Part shown: piece after piece, positions 43,282 to 52,077 of the stretch
Layout: each line of letters starts with the position of its first letter
Numbering within the stretch: position 1 is the first letter of the stretch
From: an uncultured Clostridia bacterium
Lineage (GTDB): Bacteria > Bacillota > Clostridia > Christensenellales > CAG-314
DNA length: 64,000 nt
Reading direction: 5' to 3'
Assembly (NCBI GenBank): GCA_934230325.1
Contig: CAKQEP010000004.1
Coordinates: 21,840 to 85,839 of the forward strand
Program-made: the position numbers and the translations under genes
The notes under the pieces: generated by a model
Databases searched by the model: none
What the model saw: the letters and a program-made list of their open reading frames with translations, nothing else
What the model was told of the DNA's origin: nothing

Positions 43282-44076
43282 ATGAAAGAATATATCTGGC
43301 AATTTATTTTGACGGGAATATTGAGTTATTTTATCGGTAACATAAACTTTGCCGTGATAATAAGCAAATCGGTCAAGCACGAGGATATACGCATGCACGG
43401 CAGCGGAAATCCGGGTACTACTAATATGATGCGCGTTTTCGGTCTTAAATACGGCGCGCTTACGCTTGCTTGCGATATGGTCAAGGGCATAATACCGGTA
43501 ATTGCGAGTTATTTTATTTTTAAATGCGTTACCGACAACAATGCGGAGATTTATCGCTTTGCCATGTATCTTGCCGCTTTGTGCGCCACCGTCGGACACG
43601 TTTTTCCCGTGTTTATGAAGTTTAAAGGCGGCAAAGGTTTTGCGACCAGCGTCGGCGTATTGCTTGCGATACAACCCGTACCGACCTTGATAATACTTGC
43701 GATAGGTTTTATAATAATTTTGATTTGCGACAGAATGAGCGTATTTGCCTTGTTTTACGTGTCGGCAGAACTTGCTTTTCATATTCTTGCATACTTTGGC
43801 TTGTTTAAAGAAGTTTTGCTTGTGTCGCATGCCGTAACTTTGCCTATGCTCATTATCGTTTGTTTGTTTTGGGTGCTTGTCGTGTTTGCGCATAGGAGCA
43901 ATATAATACGTCTTTTGCGCGGCAAGGAAAGTCCGTCGGGACTACGCAAATCGCTTTTGAGATTAGGTAAAAAGCACAACAAACAACAAGACGATACGAC
44001 GCAATCGTCGCAAAATTCGCAAGATAACGACGGTTCGACTCAAAATATCGACGATGCCTCAAAAAAATCGGAATAG
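43282..44076 (+). CDS. plsY: Glycerol-3-phosphate acyltransferase PlsY with ~60 aa hydrophilic C-terminal extension
   Basis: ..YFIGNINFAVIISK..HGSGNPGTTNMMR.., ..FKGGKGFATS... The tail is rich in Q/S/D/N. Confidence 0.9.
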   Translation: MKEYIWQFILTGILSYFIGNINFAVIISKSVKHEDIRMHGSGNPGTTNMMRVFGLKYGALTLACDMVKGIIPVIASYFIFKCVTDNNAEIYRFAMYLAALCATVGHVFPVFMKFKGGKGFATSVGVLLAIQPVPTLIILAIGFIIILICDRMSVFALFYVSAELAFHILAYFGLFKEVLLVSHAVTLPMLIIVCLFWVLVVFAHRSNIIRLLRGKESPSGLRKSLLRLGKKHNKQQDDTTQSSQNSQDNDGSTQNIDDASKKSE

Positions 44077-44079
44077 TCC

Positions 44080-44108
44080 AAAAATCCCGCCGCGCGGGAT
44101 TTTTTTTG
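44080..44108 (+). terminator. Rho-independent terminator after plsY
   Basis: ATCCCGC (44084-44090) pairs with GCGGGAT (44094-44100), followed by T7. Confidence 0.85.
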
Positions 44109-44186
44109 CGCCTAAATTAGCGTAAAGCGTTCTAAACGTCGTTTAACGGCATAGGTTATAAAGAAAGTATCGGAGGTTTGGCGCAA

Positions 44187-45659
44187 ATGGATAAAAAAGA
44201 CAATTTTGAGATTTACAACGACATCGCAACTCGGACGGGCGGCGATTTGTATATCGGCGTGGTAGGACCGGTAAGGACGGGCAAATCTACTTTTATCGCT
44301 AAATTTATGGAGAGCGTCGTTTTGCCCAACATTAAAAACAAAAACGTAAAAAAGCGCGCCATAGACGAGTTGCCTCAAGCGGCAGACGGAAAAGCGGTAA
44401 TGACGACGCAGCCCAAATTCGTGCCGGACGAAGCGGTAAAAATCACTTTTTCCAACAGCATAAGCGCGTCGGTCAGATTGATAGATTGCGTCGGTTACAT
44501 GATAGAGGGAGTGACGGACGGCAACGAAGATACCCCGAGAATGGTCAGTACGGCATGGTCTAAAGAACCTTTACCCTTTGATAAAGCGGCGGAAATCGGC
44601 ACAAAAAAAGTTGTAGAAGAACACAGTACGGTTGCGGTAGTCGTTACAAACGACGGTTCGGTCACAGACATACCGAGAAACAATTACGTTGCCGCAGAAG
44701 AAAAGGTAATAAATCAACTCAAAACCTGCAAAAAACCGTTTGTGGTGGTATTAAACAGCAAAACACCCGATTCCAACGAGTGCAAAGCTTTGGCGGAGGC
44801 GTTGGAAACGAGGCACGACGTAAAAGTATTGCGTATCAACGTCAAGGAAATGGGTGAGGCAGAGTCTGCGTCCGTGCTTGCGGCTATTGCAGAAGAGTTT
44901 CCCGTCAAAAAGATACAAATAGAATTACCCGAATGGATGCAGACTTTACCTGCGGACAATTCGGTAATATCAAAAATAGTCAAAAAAATCAAAGAAAACG
45001 TTGCGGAAGTCACAAAAATGAAACATCACGACGTTTTGTTGCGCGGTTTTGACGGTGACGATGATATAAACGCCCCCGTTTTGAAAGAAGTCAAAATGGG
45101 CGAAGGCACGGTGCGATACGCTATCGCTCCGCAGGAAGGTTTGTTTTATCGCGTGTTGAGCGACTATGCTCAAATGCCTATTCTCGACCAGTACAGTTTG
45201 ATGAGTTTTGTAGCAAAAACTGCTTTTGCAAAAACGCAATACGAAAAATTTGCGCAAGCGTTGACGGAAGCGGACCAAAGCGGATACGGCGTAGTCAATC
45301 CTACTATCGACAGTATGCAAATGGCAGCGCCTGAAATTGTCAAACAAGGCTCAAAATACGGCGTAAAACTCAAAGCGTCCGCGCCGAGTTGGCATATTAT
45401 GAAAGTAGACGTCACGACGGAAGTCAATCCGATGGTGGGTACGGAGCAACAAAGTCAGTATCTGTTGAGCGAGTTTCAAAACAATCCGCAGGGGATTTGG
45501 AACACGAATATGTTTGGTAAATCTATGAGCGATCTTGCAAAGGAAAGCCTTGCGGACAAAGTGACGGCTATGCCGACGGAAGCGCGAGCAAAAATACGCA
45601 AAACCGTCGGACGCATCGTAAACGAAAACAAAGGCGGACTTATTTGCTTTTTGCTTTAA
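44187..45659 (+). CDS. spoIVA: Stage IV sporulation protein A (spore-coat morphogenetic ATPase)
   Basis: ..IYNDIATRTGGDLYIGVVGPVRTGKSTFI.. (Walker A), ~490 aa, ends ..GGLICFLL. ATG at 44187 (9 nt after GGAGG) preferred over the TTG at 44178. Confidence 0.92.
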   Translation: MDKKDNFEIYNDIATRTGGDLYIGVVGPVRTGKSTFIAKFMESVVLPNIKNKNVKKRAIDELPQAADGKAVMTTQPKFVPDEAVKITFSNSISASVRLIDCVGYMIEGVTDGNEDTPRMVSTAWSKEPLPFDKAAEIGTKKVVEEHSTVAVVVTNDGSVTDIPRNNYVAAEEKVINQLKTCKKPFVVVLNSKTPDSNECKALAEALETRHDVKVLRINVKEMGEAESASVLAAIAEEFPVKKIQIELPEWMQTLPADNSVISKIVKKIKENVAEVTKMKHHDVLLRGFDGDDDINAPVLKEVKMGEGTVRYAIAPQEGLFYRVLSDYAQMPILDQYSLMSFVAKTAFAKTQYEKFAQALTEADQSGYGVVNPTIDSMQMAAPEIVKQGSKYGVKLKASAPSWHIMKVDVTTEVNPMVGTEQQSQYLLSEFQNNPQGIWNTNMFGKSMSDLAKESLADKVTAMPTEARAKIRKTVGRIVNENKGGLICFLL

Positions 45660-45687
45660 AACTTGACGTTAAAATTTATCACAAACC

Positions 45688-45729
45688 AAAAATATCCGTT
45701 TGCAAAAAAATGCAAACGGATATTTTTTT
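45688..45729. terminator. Perfect bidirectional terminator between spoIVA and the Cys-rich gene
   Basis: 13-bp stem ATATCCGTTTGCA / TGCAAACGGATAT with an A6 loop, flanked by A4 and T6. Confidence 0.9.
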
Positions 45730-45752
45730 AAAAAGTAAGGTTTTGTTGCCGT

Positions 45753-46106
45753 TTAAAGGTTGTCTTTAAGCGCGAGAATGGCTTCACAAGCCGCGCAAGC
45801 GGGACAATCGCAATACTTTGCGCCGCTCTCTTTTAATGCGCGCGCATGCGCCGCAAAGTCGTTGGCGCGTTCTCCGAATATTTCCTTGCATTTGGCTGAA
45901 TTTGTAAAGGCAATCAAATCGTCAATGGGTTCTATGTCTTCTTGCAGTTCTTTGATAAAAGCGGCGGTTTCCTTTTTGTAATCGTCGGTACCTATCGATG
46001 CCAACCATTTTTCCGCCGCTACCTTCGCTTCTTTGCAACAACTCGTTGCGGCAATAAGTTTGTTTGCGTATTCTGTCGCTTGGTTAATGGATTCTTTTTG
46101 CGTCAT
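45753..46106 (-). CDS. Small Cys-rich protein, function unknown
   Basis: 117 aa. AGGAGG RBS. Cys residues at ..TSCCKEA.., ..SAKCKE.. and a C-terminal cluster KYCDCPACAACEA. Confidence 0.7.
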   Translation of the reverse strand: MTQKESINQATEYANKLIAATSCCKEAKVAAEKWLASIGTDDYKKETAAFIKELQEDIEPIDDLIAFTNSAKCKEIFGERANDFAAHARALKESGAKYCDCPACAACEAILALKDNL

Positions 46107-46183
46107 ATCAAATGCCTCCTAAAAAATATGATAATCGGTTTTTTCGCCGCCGTCAATACTATATCGGTGATTTTGGCAAAAAA

Positions 46184-46199
46184 TATTGAGATTTACACA
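46184..46199 (-). promoter_or_regulatory. Candidate Crp/Fnr-family operator upstream of the Cys-rich gene
   Basis: Minus strand TGTGTAAATCTCAATA (5-N6-5 layout). Its centre lies ~40-41 nt upstream of the TSS predicted from the -10 TATAGT (46163-46158). Confidence 0.35.
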
Positions 46200-46235
46200 A
46201 AAATATTTGCTTTATCGTCAATTATATTGCGTTTG

Positions 46236-46898
46236 TCAATCAACGACTGACGGATTTATTATTTCAAATCGGTTGTGTTTGTATCGTATTATTCCGTCTT
46301 TTTGCATTTTTGAAAGTTCGTTGCACAACGCGCTTCTGTCTACGCCGAGATAATCGGCAAGTTGTTGTCTGTTAAACGATACGTCAAAAGTATACTTTTG
46401 CTGGCTTTTTACTATGTCGGAAAAATAAGACATTAGTCTGCCGCGTATTGTTTTGTATGTCGTATGTATTGCGCGACGGGACAAATGCAAAGTCTTTTTT
46501 GCGCATATTTCAAGAAGATTTTTTAATAGTTGCAAATCGTTTATATCGTCGCAGTATTCAAAAATTCGTTTGACTTTTATAAACAAAACTACCGTGTCGT
46601 CGGTTGCTTTGACCGTCACGGGTAGGGGTTGAGCAGGTAGGCTTGCATATATTTCTGCAAATACTTCGCCTGCCGCCGCTCGACCTAAAACGGAGTTGTT
46701 GCCCCAAACGTCGGAGTATTCTATTACGACAGTGCCCGATAAAACTATACCCAAACTTTCGGTAACGTTGCCTGCGTGCAAAACGACGTTGTTTTTCTTA
46801 AAAGTTTTTTCTTGCGCTTTTAAATTTTTTAGTAAATCGGCAATATTGCTTTCGGGTATGTTGTAAAACAATTTTGTTTTGGATAAAAGTTTTTCCAT
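46236..46898 (-). CDS. Crp/Fnr-family transcriptional regulator
   Basis: 220 aa. N-terminal cNMP-binding-type beta-roll and C-terminal HTH ..RQQLADYLGVDRSALCNELSKMQKDGII... No FNR-type N-terminal Cys cluster. Confidence 0.85.
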   Translation of the reverse strand: MEKLLSKTKLFYNIPESNIADLLKNLKAQEKTFKKNNVVLHAGNVTESLGIVLSGTVVIEYSDVWGNNSVLGRAAAGEVFAEIYASLPAQPLPVTVKATDDTVVLFIKVKRIFEYCDDINDLQLLKNLLEICAKKTLHLSRRAIHTTYKTIRGRLMSYFSDIVKSQQKYTFDVSFNRQQLADYLGVDRSALCNELSKMQKDGIIRYKHNRFEIINPSVVD

Positions 46899-46913
46899 AA
46901 AAAATCTCCGATT

Positions 46914-46929
46914 TGTTGTTAAAACAACA
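46914..46929. promoter_or_regulatory. Candidate Crp/Fnr-family operator in the divergent regulator / 4Fe-4S gene region
   Basis: TGTTGTTAAAACAACA has 7-bp inverted arms around a 2-bp centre (reads as TGTTG-N6-CAACA). The centre (46921.5) is ~41.5 nt upstream of the TSS predicted from TATAAT (46951-46956). Confidence 0.45.
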
Positions 46930-46986
46930 TTTTTCTTGACGTGATTATACTATAATATCTACAAATAAGTCAAGAGAGGTGTACAA

Positions 46987-47700
46987 ATGAAAAGAAAAAT
47001 TATCGAAATCAATCAATCCAAGTGCAACGGTTGCGGCGCTTGCGCCGACGCCTGTCACGAAGGCGCGATAGGTATGTTAAACGGCAAGGCTGTTCTTTTG
47101 CGGGACGATTATTGCGACGGTTTAGGAGATTGTCTGCCTGCTTGCCCGACGGGCGCGATTACTTTTGTAGAGAGGGAAGCGCTCGAATACGACAAACAAG
47201 CGGTTTTAGAAAACAAACAAAACAAGATGCGTAAACAGGGTATGTGTTTAAATCATTCCGGTTGCGCAGGCAGTCAAATCAGACAACTTAACCCCGAAAA
47301 AATCGACGTCGAAAAAACGACTGCGGCGCACATAAAGTCGCAACTTTCGCAGTGGCCGTGTCAAATCAAATTAGTTCCCGCAAATGCGCCGTATTTTGAC
47401 GGAGCAAAACTTCTCGTAGCGGCAGATTGTACGGCGTACGCATATGCAAATATGCACAATGAGTTTATGAAAGGCAAAATAACGCTTATCGGGTGTCCGA
47501 AACTGGACGGCGTAGATTATAGCGAAAAATTGATCGACATAATCAAGTCCAACGACATAAAAAGCGTCACGGTATTGAGAATGGAGGTTCCTTGTTGCGG
47601 CGGGTTGGAAAACGCAGTAAAAAAGGCATTGCAAAATAGCGGAAAATTTATTCAATGGCAAGTTGTGACTATTTCTATAGACGGAAAAATTATGGAATAA
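46987..47700 (+). CDS. 4Fe-4S dicluster domain protein with Cys-containing C-terminal domain
   Basis: 237 aa. CNGCGACADACHEG and CDGLGDCLPACPTG motifs. The C-terminal region has ..LIGCPKLD.. and ..EVPCCGG... AGAGAGGTG RBS. Confidence 0.8.
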   Translation: MKRKIIEINQSKCNGCGACADACHEGAIGMLNGKAVLLRDDYCDGLGDCLPACPTGAITFVEREALEYDKQAVLENKQNKMRKQGMCLNHSGCAGSQIRQLNPEKIDVEKTTAAHIKSQLSQWPCQIKLVPANAPYFDGAKLLVAADCTAYAYANMHNEFMKGKITLIGCPKLDGVDYSEKLIDIIKSNDIKSVTVLRMEVPCCGGLENAVKKALQNSGKFIQWQVVTISIDGKIME

Positions 47701-47729
47701 TATAAAAATATATCATTTTTGCAAAAATT

Positions 47730-47738
47730 TGATATAAT
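47730..47738 (+). promoter_or_regulatory. Extended -10 promoter of DUF3810 gene, leaderless geometry
   Basis: TGaTATAAT (47730-47738), 7 nt, ATG (47746). No SD. The -35 is poor. Confidence 0.5.
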
Positions 47739-47745
47739 AGTAGAT

Positions 47746-48918
47746 ATGAAACCAAATTGTCAAAATCAAAAAATAAAATTCAAACGCGAATTGATTTTTT
47801 GCGCCGTTTCTTTCGCTTTGTTTTTGGTTATGCTTTTGCTAAAAACAAACGTAGAAATATGCGAATGGTGGACGGTAAACGTATCTCAAAAGATAGTTTG
47901 GCTTGCGTCAACTTTGACGGGATGGTTCGGTTTTAGTTTGTTTGAGTTTTTATGTGCGGCGGTTGTCGTCATAGGCATTGTTTTGCTTGTGACGATAATC
48001 GTCCTTTTTTGCCGTCAAAAAGGACGCGTCGCGTTAAAAATACTTGCCGTCGTACTTTGCGTCGCGTTGACGATTGTTTGTGTTTATACCGCAAGCGCAG
48101 GTTTTGCATACAACAGAAAAGAATTGCCCGTACAAATTAAGCAAGGCGATATAGAAAGGACAAAAATCAATGAGTACGCCGAGTATTTTGTGGATTTGTT
48201 AAACGACGTTTCTCGTAAGATTGAGCGAGATAAAGACGGAGTGGTTGTTTGTCCGTACACTACAAAAGAATTATCCGATTTGCTTTCAAAAGAGTACGAG
48301 CGGCTTGACAAAACGTATTTTTACAACAAAACGCCGCGCGCAAAAGGCGTTACTTTAAGCAAAATAATGAGTCAAGCGCAAATTACGGGCGTGTTTTTTG
48401 CGCCTACGGGAGAAGTCAATATCAACGTTGATTTTCCTAAATCTACTTTTGCCGTAACGATGGCTCACGAAATGGCTCACGGCAAAGGCGTTATGAGAGA
48501 AAACGACGCAAATCTTCTTGCGTATTACGTTACGCTCACGAGCGACGACTATTACGTAAAATACAACGCATTGTTCAGCCTTGTGGGTTCGGTGGCGAGA
48601 GCGGTGTCCTACTACCCCGACAGTTTGGCGGAGTGGAAGGCGTTGATTAAAAAAATATCTCCCGAAGTAACAAACGAAATGAATTTTTACAACGAATACT
48701 GGAAAAATCACGATAAACTCGCCAAAATAGAGGAGTGGTTTAACGATTTGTATCTAAAAATGAGCGGCGTAAAGCAGGGAACAAAAAGTTACGTAGACGG
48801 TGACGGCAACGAATACGGCGAGGATTTGGACGGTGACGGAAGAAAAATCGCGACAAAAATCAATTTTTCTCGTCCGCAGAGAATGGTTTTTTTACTGATA
48901 GAAAAAGGCTGTATTTAA
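47746..48918 (+). CDS. DUF3810-family membrane-anchored putative Zn-metallopeptidase
   Basis: 390 aa. N-terminal TM helices and ..VTMAHEMAHGKG.. (HExxH). Start set at the first ATG (47746); the track's 47719 is a TTG spanning the promoter. Confidence 0.7.
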   Translation: MKPNCQNQKIKFKRELIFCAVSFALFLVMLLLKTNVEICEWWTVNVSQKIVWLASTLTGWFGFSLFEFLCAAVVVIGIVLLVTIIVLFCRQKGRVALKILAVVLCVALTIVCVYTASAGFAYNRKELPVQIKQGDIERTKINEYAEYFVDLLNDVSRKIERDKDGVVVCPYTTKELSDLLSKEYERLDKTYFYNKTPRAKGVTLSKIMSQAQITGVFFAPTGEVNINVDFPKSTFAVTMAHEMAHGKGVMRENDANLLAYYVTLTSDDYYVKYNALFSLVGSVARAVSYYPDSLAEWKALIKKISPEVTNEMNFYNEYWKNHDKLAKIEEWFNDLYLKMSGVKQGTKSYVDGDGNEYGEDLDGDGRKIATKINFSRPQRMVFLLIEKGCI

Positions 48919-48932
48919 TTAAATTAAAATCG

Positions 48933-48961
48933 TTGAAATCATTTTGTTTGTGTGTTATAAT
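48933..48961 (+). promoter_or_regulatory. Promoter of RimK-like ATP-grasp gene
   Basis: TTGAAA (48933-48938), 17 nt, TGtTATAAT (hexamer 48956-48961). Confidence 0.6.
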
Positions 48962-48981
48962 AAAAATTGAGGTTTTTAAAC

Positions 48982-49872
48982 TTGAAAAAAGGCTGGATAG
49001 TTTACAACGCTTATTGCAAAGTCGCGTCTACGGGAGAATGTATAAACAAACTCGCCGCATCGTTAAAAGACGTTGGAGCAGAGATAAAAATTTTGCCGCA
49101 CACCGACGTAAAGTTGGGTTTTGACGCCAACGGAGATATCGTTCCGTTTGTACAAATGCAAAAACCCGATTTTTGCATATACTGGGACAAAGACGCGCAA
49201 ATAGCCTATATGTTGGAAAAATGGGGCCTAAGAGTCTTTAATCGTCCTTTTGTGCTTGAGTGTTGCGACCACAAAGGCAAAACTTTTTTTGAGTTGAGCG
49301 GTAAAGGTATACCGATGCCAAAGACTATTTTATCGCCGCTCGTTTACCCGATAAACAACGAGTTTGACGACGATTTTTCGCATTATGTCGTGGATACGCT
49401 CGGGTTGCCGTTGGTGGTAAAAGAGAGTTATGGCAGTTTTGGCGCGCAGGTACACCTTGCAAAAACTTTTGAAGAATTTAAATCATTACGAACAAAATTG
49501 TTGCACTCGCACCATCTGTATCAAGAGTTTGTATCGTCAAGCGTCGGTAGGGACGTTAGAGTCATTGTGATTGCAGGCAAGGCAATATGCGCTATGCAAC
49601 GCAAAAACGACAAAGATTTTAGAGCAAACATAGAGTTGGGCGGTACCGGCAGTCCCTATCCTATAGATGAAAAACTTTATTCTTTGTGCGGCAAGATAGC
49701 GGATATTTTGGGAGCGGATTACTTCGGCGCAGATTTTTTGTTTGGTAAAGACGGTTACGTTTTGTGCGAAGTGAATACAAACGCGCATTTTTTGGGTATT
49801 CAGTCCGTGACGGGCGTGGATATCGCTAAAAAATATGCCGATATGGTAGCGGAGATATTAAACAATGGTTGA
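48982..49872 (+). CDS. RimK-family ATP-grasp ligase
   Basis: ..LPLVVKESYGSFGAQVHL.., ..GRDVRVIVIAG.., ..FRANIELGG.., ..CEVNTNAHF... Start uncertain: TTG at 48982 (9 nt after GAGG) preferred over TTG at 48967, which is only 5 nt after the -10. Confidence 0.7.
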   Translation: MKKGWIVYNAYCKVASTGECINKLAASLKDVGAEIKILPHTDVKLGFDANGDIVPFVQMQKPDFCIYWDKDAQIAYMLEKWGLRVFNRPFVLECCDHKGKTFFELSGKGIPMPKTILSPLVYPINNEFDDDFSHYVVDTLGLPLVVKESYGSFGAQVHLAKTFEEFKSLRTKLLHSHHLYQEFVSSSVGRDVRVIVIAGKAICAMQRKNDKDFRANIELGGTGSPYPIDEKLYSLCGKIADILGADYFGADFLFGKDGYVLCEVNTNAHFLGIQSVTGVDIAKKYADMVAEILNNG

Positions 49873-50536
49873 TTTTAAAACGGCGTTTACAGAAGCGCAA
49901 AAAAATATTGAGGCAAACAAAACTGCGGAAAAAGTTTTGATTGTGGGAGCAACCAAAACGCGAGATATAAACATAATAAAAGCGGCGGCGGCTGACGGTC
50001 TTGCCGTTGCGGGGGAAAACAAAGTTCAGGAATTTGTAGGCAAATACGAGCCGATACAAGGGCTTTCTTGGCATTTTATCGGGGCGTTGCAAACCAACAA
50101 GGTAAAGTATATCGTCGACAAAGTGGATATGATTCATTCCGTTGACAGGCTCGATTTGGCAAAGGAAATAAACAATCGCTGCGCCAAAATAAACAAGGTT
50201 ATGCCTGTTTTGATAGAGGTCAACGTTGGCGGAGAACAGAGTAAAAGCGGCGTTTCTCCCGACGGCGTGTACGGGTTGGCGGAAGAATTGCTTAAATTCG
50301 AGCATCTTTTGCTTAGCGGTATTATGACGGTTTTGCCTATCGGCGCGCCCGAATATATGTACCGACAAACGGAAAATATTTTTAAATCTTTACAACAAAA
50401 ATATCCGCAACTTCCCGTTGAATATCTCAGTATGGGCATGAGCGGAGATTACGTCACGGCAGTACGACACGGCGCAAATATAGTACGACTCGGTACTGCG
50501 TTGTTTGGCGCAAGGTTTTATGGTAATGAAAATTAA
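49865..50536 (+). CDS. yggS: YggS-family pyridoxal-phosphate homeostasis protein
   Basis: 223 aa. ..LIVGATKTR.. (PLP-Lys), ..HFIGALQTNKVKYI.., ..LSMGMSGDY.., ..VRLGTALFG.. Confidence 0.88.
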   Translation: MVDFKTAFTEAQKNIEANKTAEKVLIVGATKTRDINIIKAAAADGLAVAGENKVQEFVGKYEPIQGLSWHFIGALQTNKVKYIVDKVDMIHSVDRLDLAKEINNRCAKINKVMPVLIEVNVGGEQSKSGVSPDGVYGLAEELLKFEHLLLSGIMTVLPIGAPEYMYRQTENIFKSLQQKYPQLPVEYLSMGMSGDYVTAVRHGANIVRLGTALFGARFYGNEN

Positions 50537-51086
50537 GTACGACAAAAAAAACTGGATATGTTTTGGCGTTTGCATAGCGATAACGATTGTCGGTATCGTT
50601 TTGGACCAACTCACTAAATCGCTTTTTGAAAGATTGTTTCAACAAGGCAAACTTCCTATTACCGTCATTGATAACGTAGTGATTTTTACCTATGCCTTAA
50701 ACGACGGCGCGGCGTGGGGGTCTTTGTCCGGCAGTAGCGTGCTGTTTTTTGTGCTTACCGTCGTCGCTTTGCCTGTATTCGTATGGATTTTTGTTGCGAG
50801 AATAAAGCGTGGTTGGTGCGGTTCGCTCGGATTTGCTTGCGTGATTTCGGGTACAATTGGCAACGCGATAGATCGCGCCTTTTTGGGCGACGGATTTTTC
50901 AACGGCAAAGTGAGAGATTTTATCGCAACGCAATTTTTGGGCAAACTCGACTTTATTTGTAACGTTGCGGACATATTTTTGACTATAGGCGTCGTTATTC
51001 TCATTTTGGGAATGATTCTATTTGACGACGACGCGATATTTAGTAAACGCTCCGCAGATAAGGGCGGAACAATTGACCATGAGTGA
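50526..51086 (+). CDS. lspA: Lipoprotein signal peptidase II
   Basis: ..LDQLTKSLF.., ..NDGAAWG.., ..GNAIDRAF.., ..VRDFI.., ..FNVADIF... ATG at 50526 (10 nt after AAGG) preferred over 50520. Confidence 0.88.
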   Translation: MKIKYDKKNWICFGVCIAITIVGIVLDQLTKSLFERLFQQGKLPITVIDNVVIFTYALNDGAAWGSLSGSSVLFFVLTVVALPVFVWIFVARIKRGWCGSLGFACVISGTIGNAIDRAFLGDGFFNGKVRDFIATQFLGKLDFICNVADIFLTIGVVILILGMILFDDDAIFSKRSADKGGTIDHE

Positions 51087-52017
51087 CGCATTGACCGATT
51101 TGTTTGAAATAAAGTTTTTTGAGTCGCAAGAAACCGACGCAGGCAAAAGGCTCGATGTTTTTTTGGCGGAGAGTCTTGACTCTACGAGAAATCATGCGCA
51201 GGTGCTTATAGCCAAAAATTTTGTAGAGTTAAACGGTGCGCCGGCGACAAAAGCAGGCAAATCCGTCAAAGCAAACGACGTCGTCAAAGTCAATTTGCCC
51301 GTTCCCGTGCCGATACGTATTTTACCTCAAGACATACCGCTCGATATCGTGTACGAAGACGCAGATTTGGCGGTAATAAACAAACAACAAGGACTGACGA
51401 TTCACCCCGCAAACGGTAATTATAACGATACTTTGGTAAACGCTTTACTGTTTCATATAAAGGATTTGAGCGGTATCAACGGACAAATACGACCGGGTAT
51501 AGTACACAGACTGGATAAGGACACGGCGGGACTTATGGTGGTGGCAAAAAACGATTTTGCCCATGCAGAACTCGCTCGTCAGATTTTTGTCAAGGAATGT
51601 AGCAGAATTTATTACGCTCTCGTAGAAGGCAAGTATAAAGACGACGACGGTATAATTCAACAACCGATAGGGCGCAGTCGTTCTGACCGCAAAAAAATGG
51701 CTGTCGATTATTCGGGAAAACCTGCCGTCACTCTTTTTCACGTGGTGGAGAGATTTGACAATTACACGTTGGTGAGATTTCAGTTGAAAACGGGGCGTAC
51801 CCATCAAATACGCGTTCATACGGCGTTTTTGGGCAATCCCGTAGTCGGTGACAAAACTTACGGATTTAAAAAGCAAAAATTTGCTCTCAACGGGCAGTTG
51901 TTGTTTAGCAAAATTATCGGTTTTACTCACCCGAGAACCAAAGAACCTATGCGGTTTGAAGCGGATTTGCCCGATTACTTTAAAAATGTTTTAAATATTT
52001 TAAGAAAAACCGACTAA
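51079..52017 (+). CDS. rluD: 23S rRNA pseudouridine synthase RluD
   Basis: S4 domain (..RLDVFLAE..), ..PGIVHRLDKDTAGLMVVAK.., ..GRTHQIRVH... Conserved lspA-rluD order. Start at the ATG at 51079. Confidence 0.9.
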   Translation: MSDALTDLFEIKFFESQETDAGKRLDVFLAESLDSTRNHAQVLIAKNFVELNGAPATKAGKSVKANDVVKVNLPVPVPIRILPQDIPLDIVYEDADLAVINKQQGLTIHPANGNYNDTLVNALLFHIKDLSGINGQIRPGIVHRLDKDTAGLMVVAKNDFAHAELARQIFVKECSRIYYALVEGKYKDDDGIIQQPIGRSRSDRKKMAVDYSGKPAVTLFHVVERFDNYTLVRFQLKTGRTHQIRVHTAFLGNPVVGDKTYGFKKQKFALNGQLLFSKIIGFTHPRTKEPMRFEADLPDYFKNVLNILRKTD

Positions 52018-52077
52018 TTAGGCTGTAAAAAGTTTACTTTTTTGCGGCAATAAGTTAAAATATATCAGAGGTAAAAA

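Noticed and set aside
41946-43893. 175-aa and 211-aa minus-strand ORFs (41946-42473, 43258-43893); similar cases at 13692-14270, 25116-25661, 26150-26650, 39278-39820, 49826-50368 and 51445-51930
   Set aside because: All lie antisense to well-supported genes (der, plsY, rnj, truA, rplM, sigG/ylmC, yggS, rluD). None has an RBS or a family resemblance.
38640-44186. Sporulation-sigma promoters upstream of sigG (sigma-F/G type) and spoIVA (sigma-E type)
   Set aside because: I tried to fit the B. subtilis consensus hexamers (GCATR..GGnnAnAHTR and kmATAww-N14-CATACAmT). I found only partial -10 matches (for example CATAGGTT at 44151) with no matching -35, which is not enough to call.
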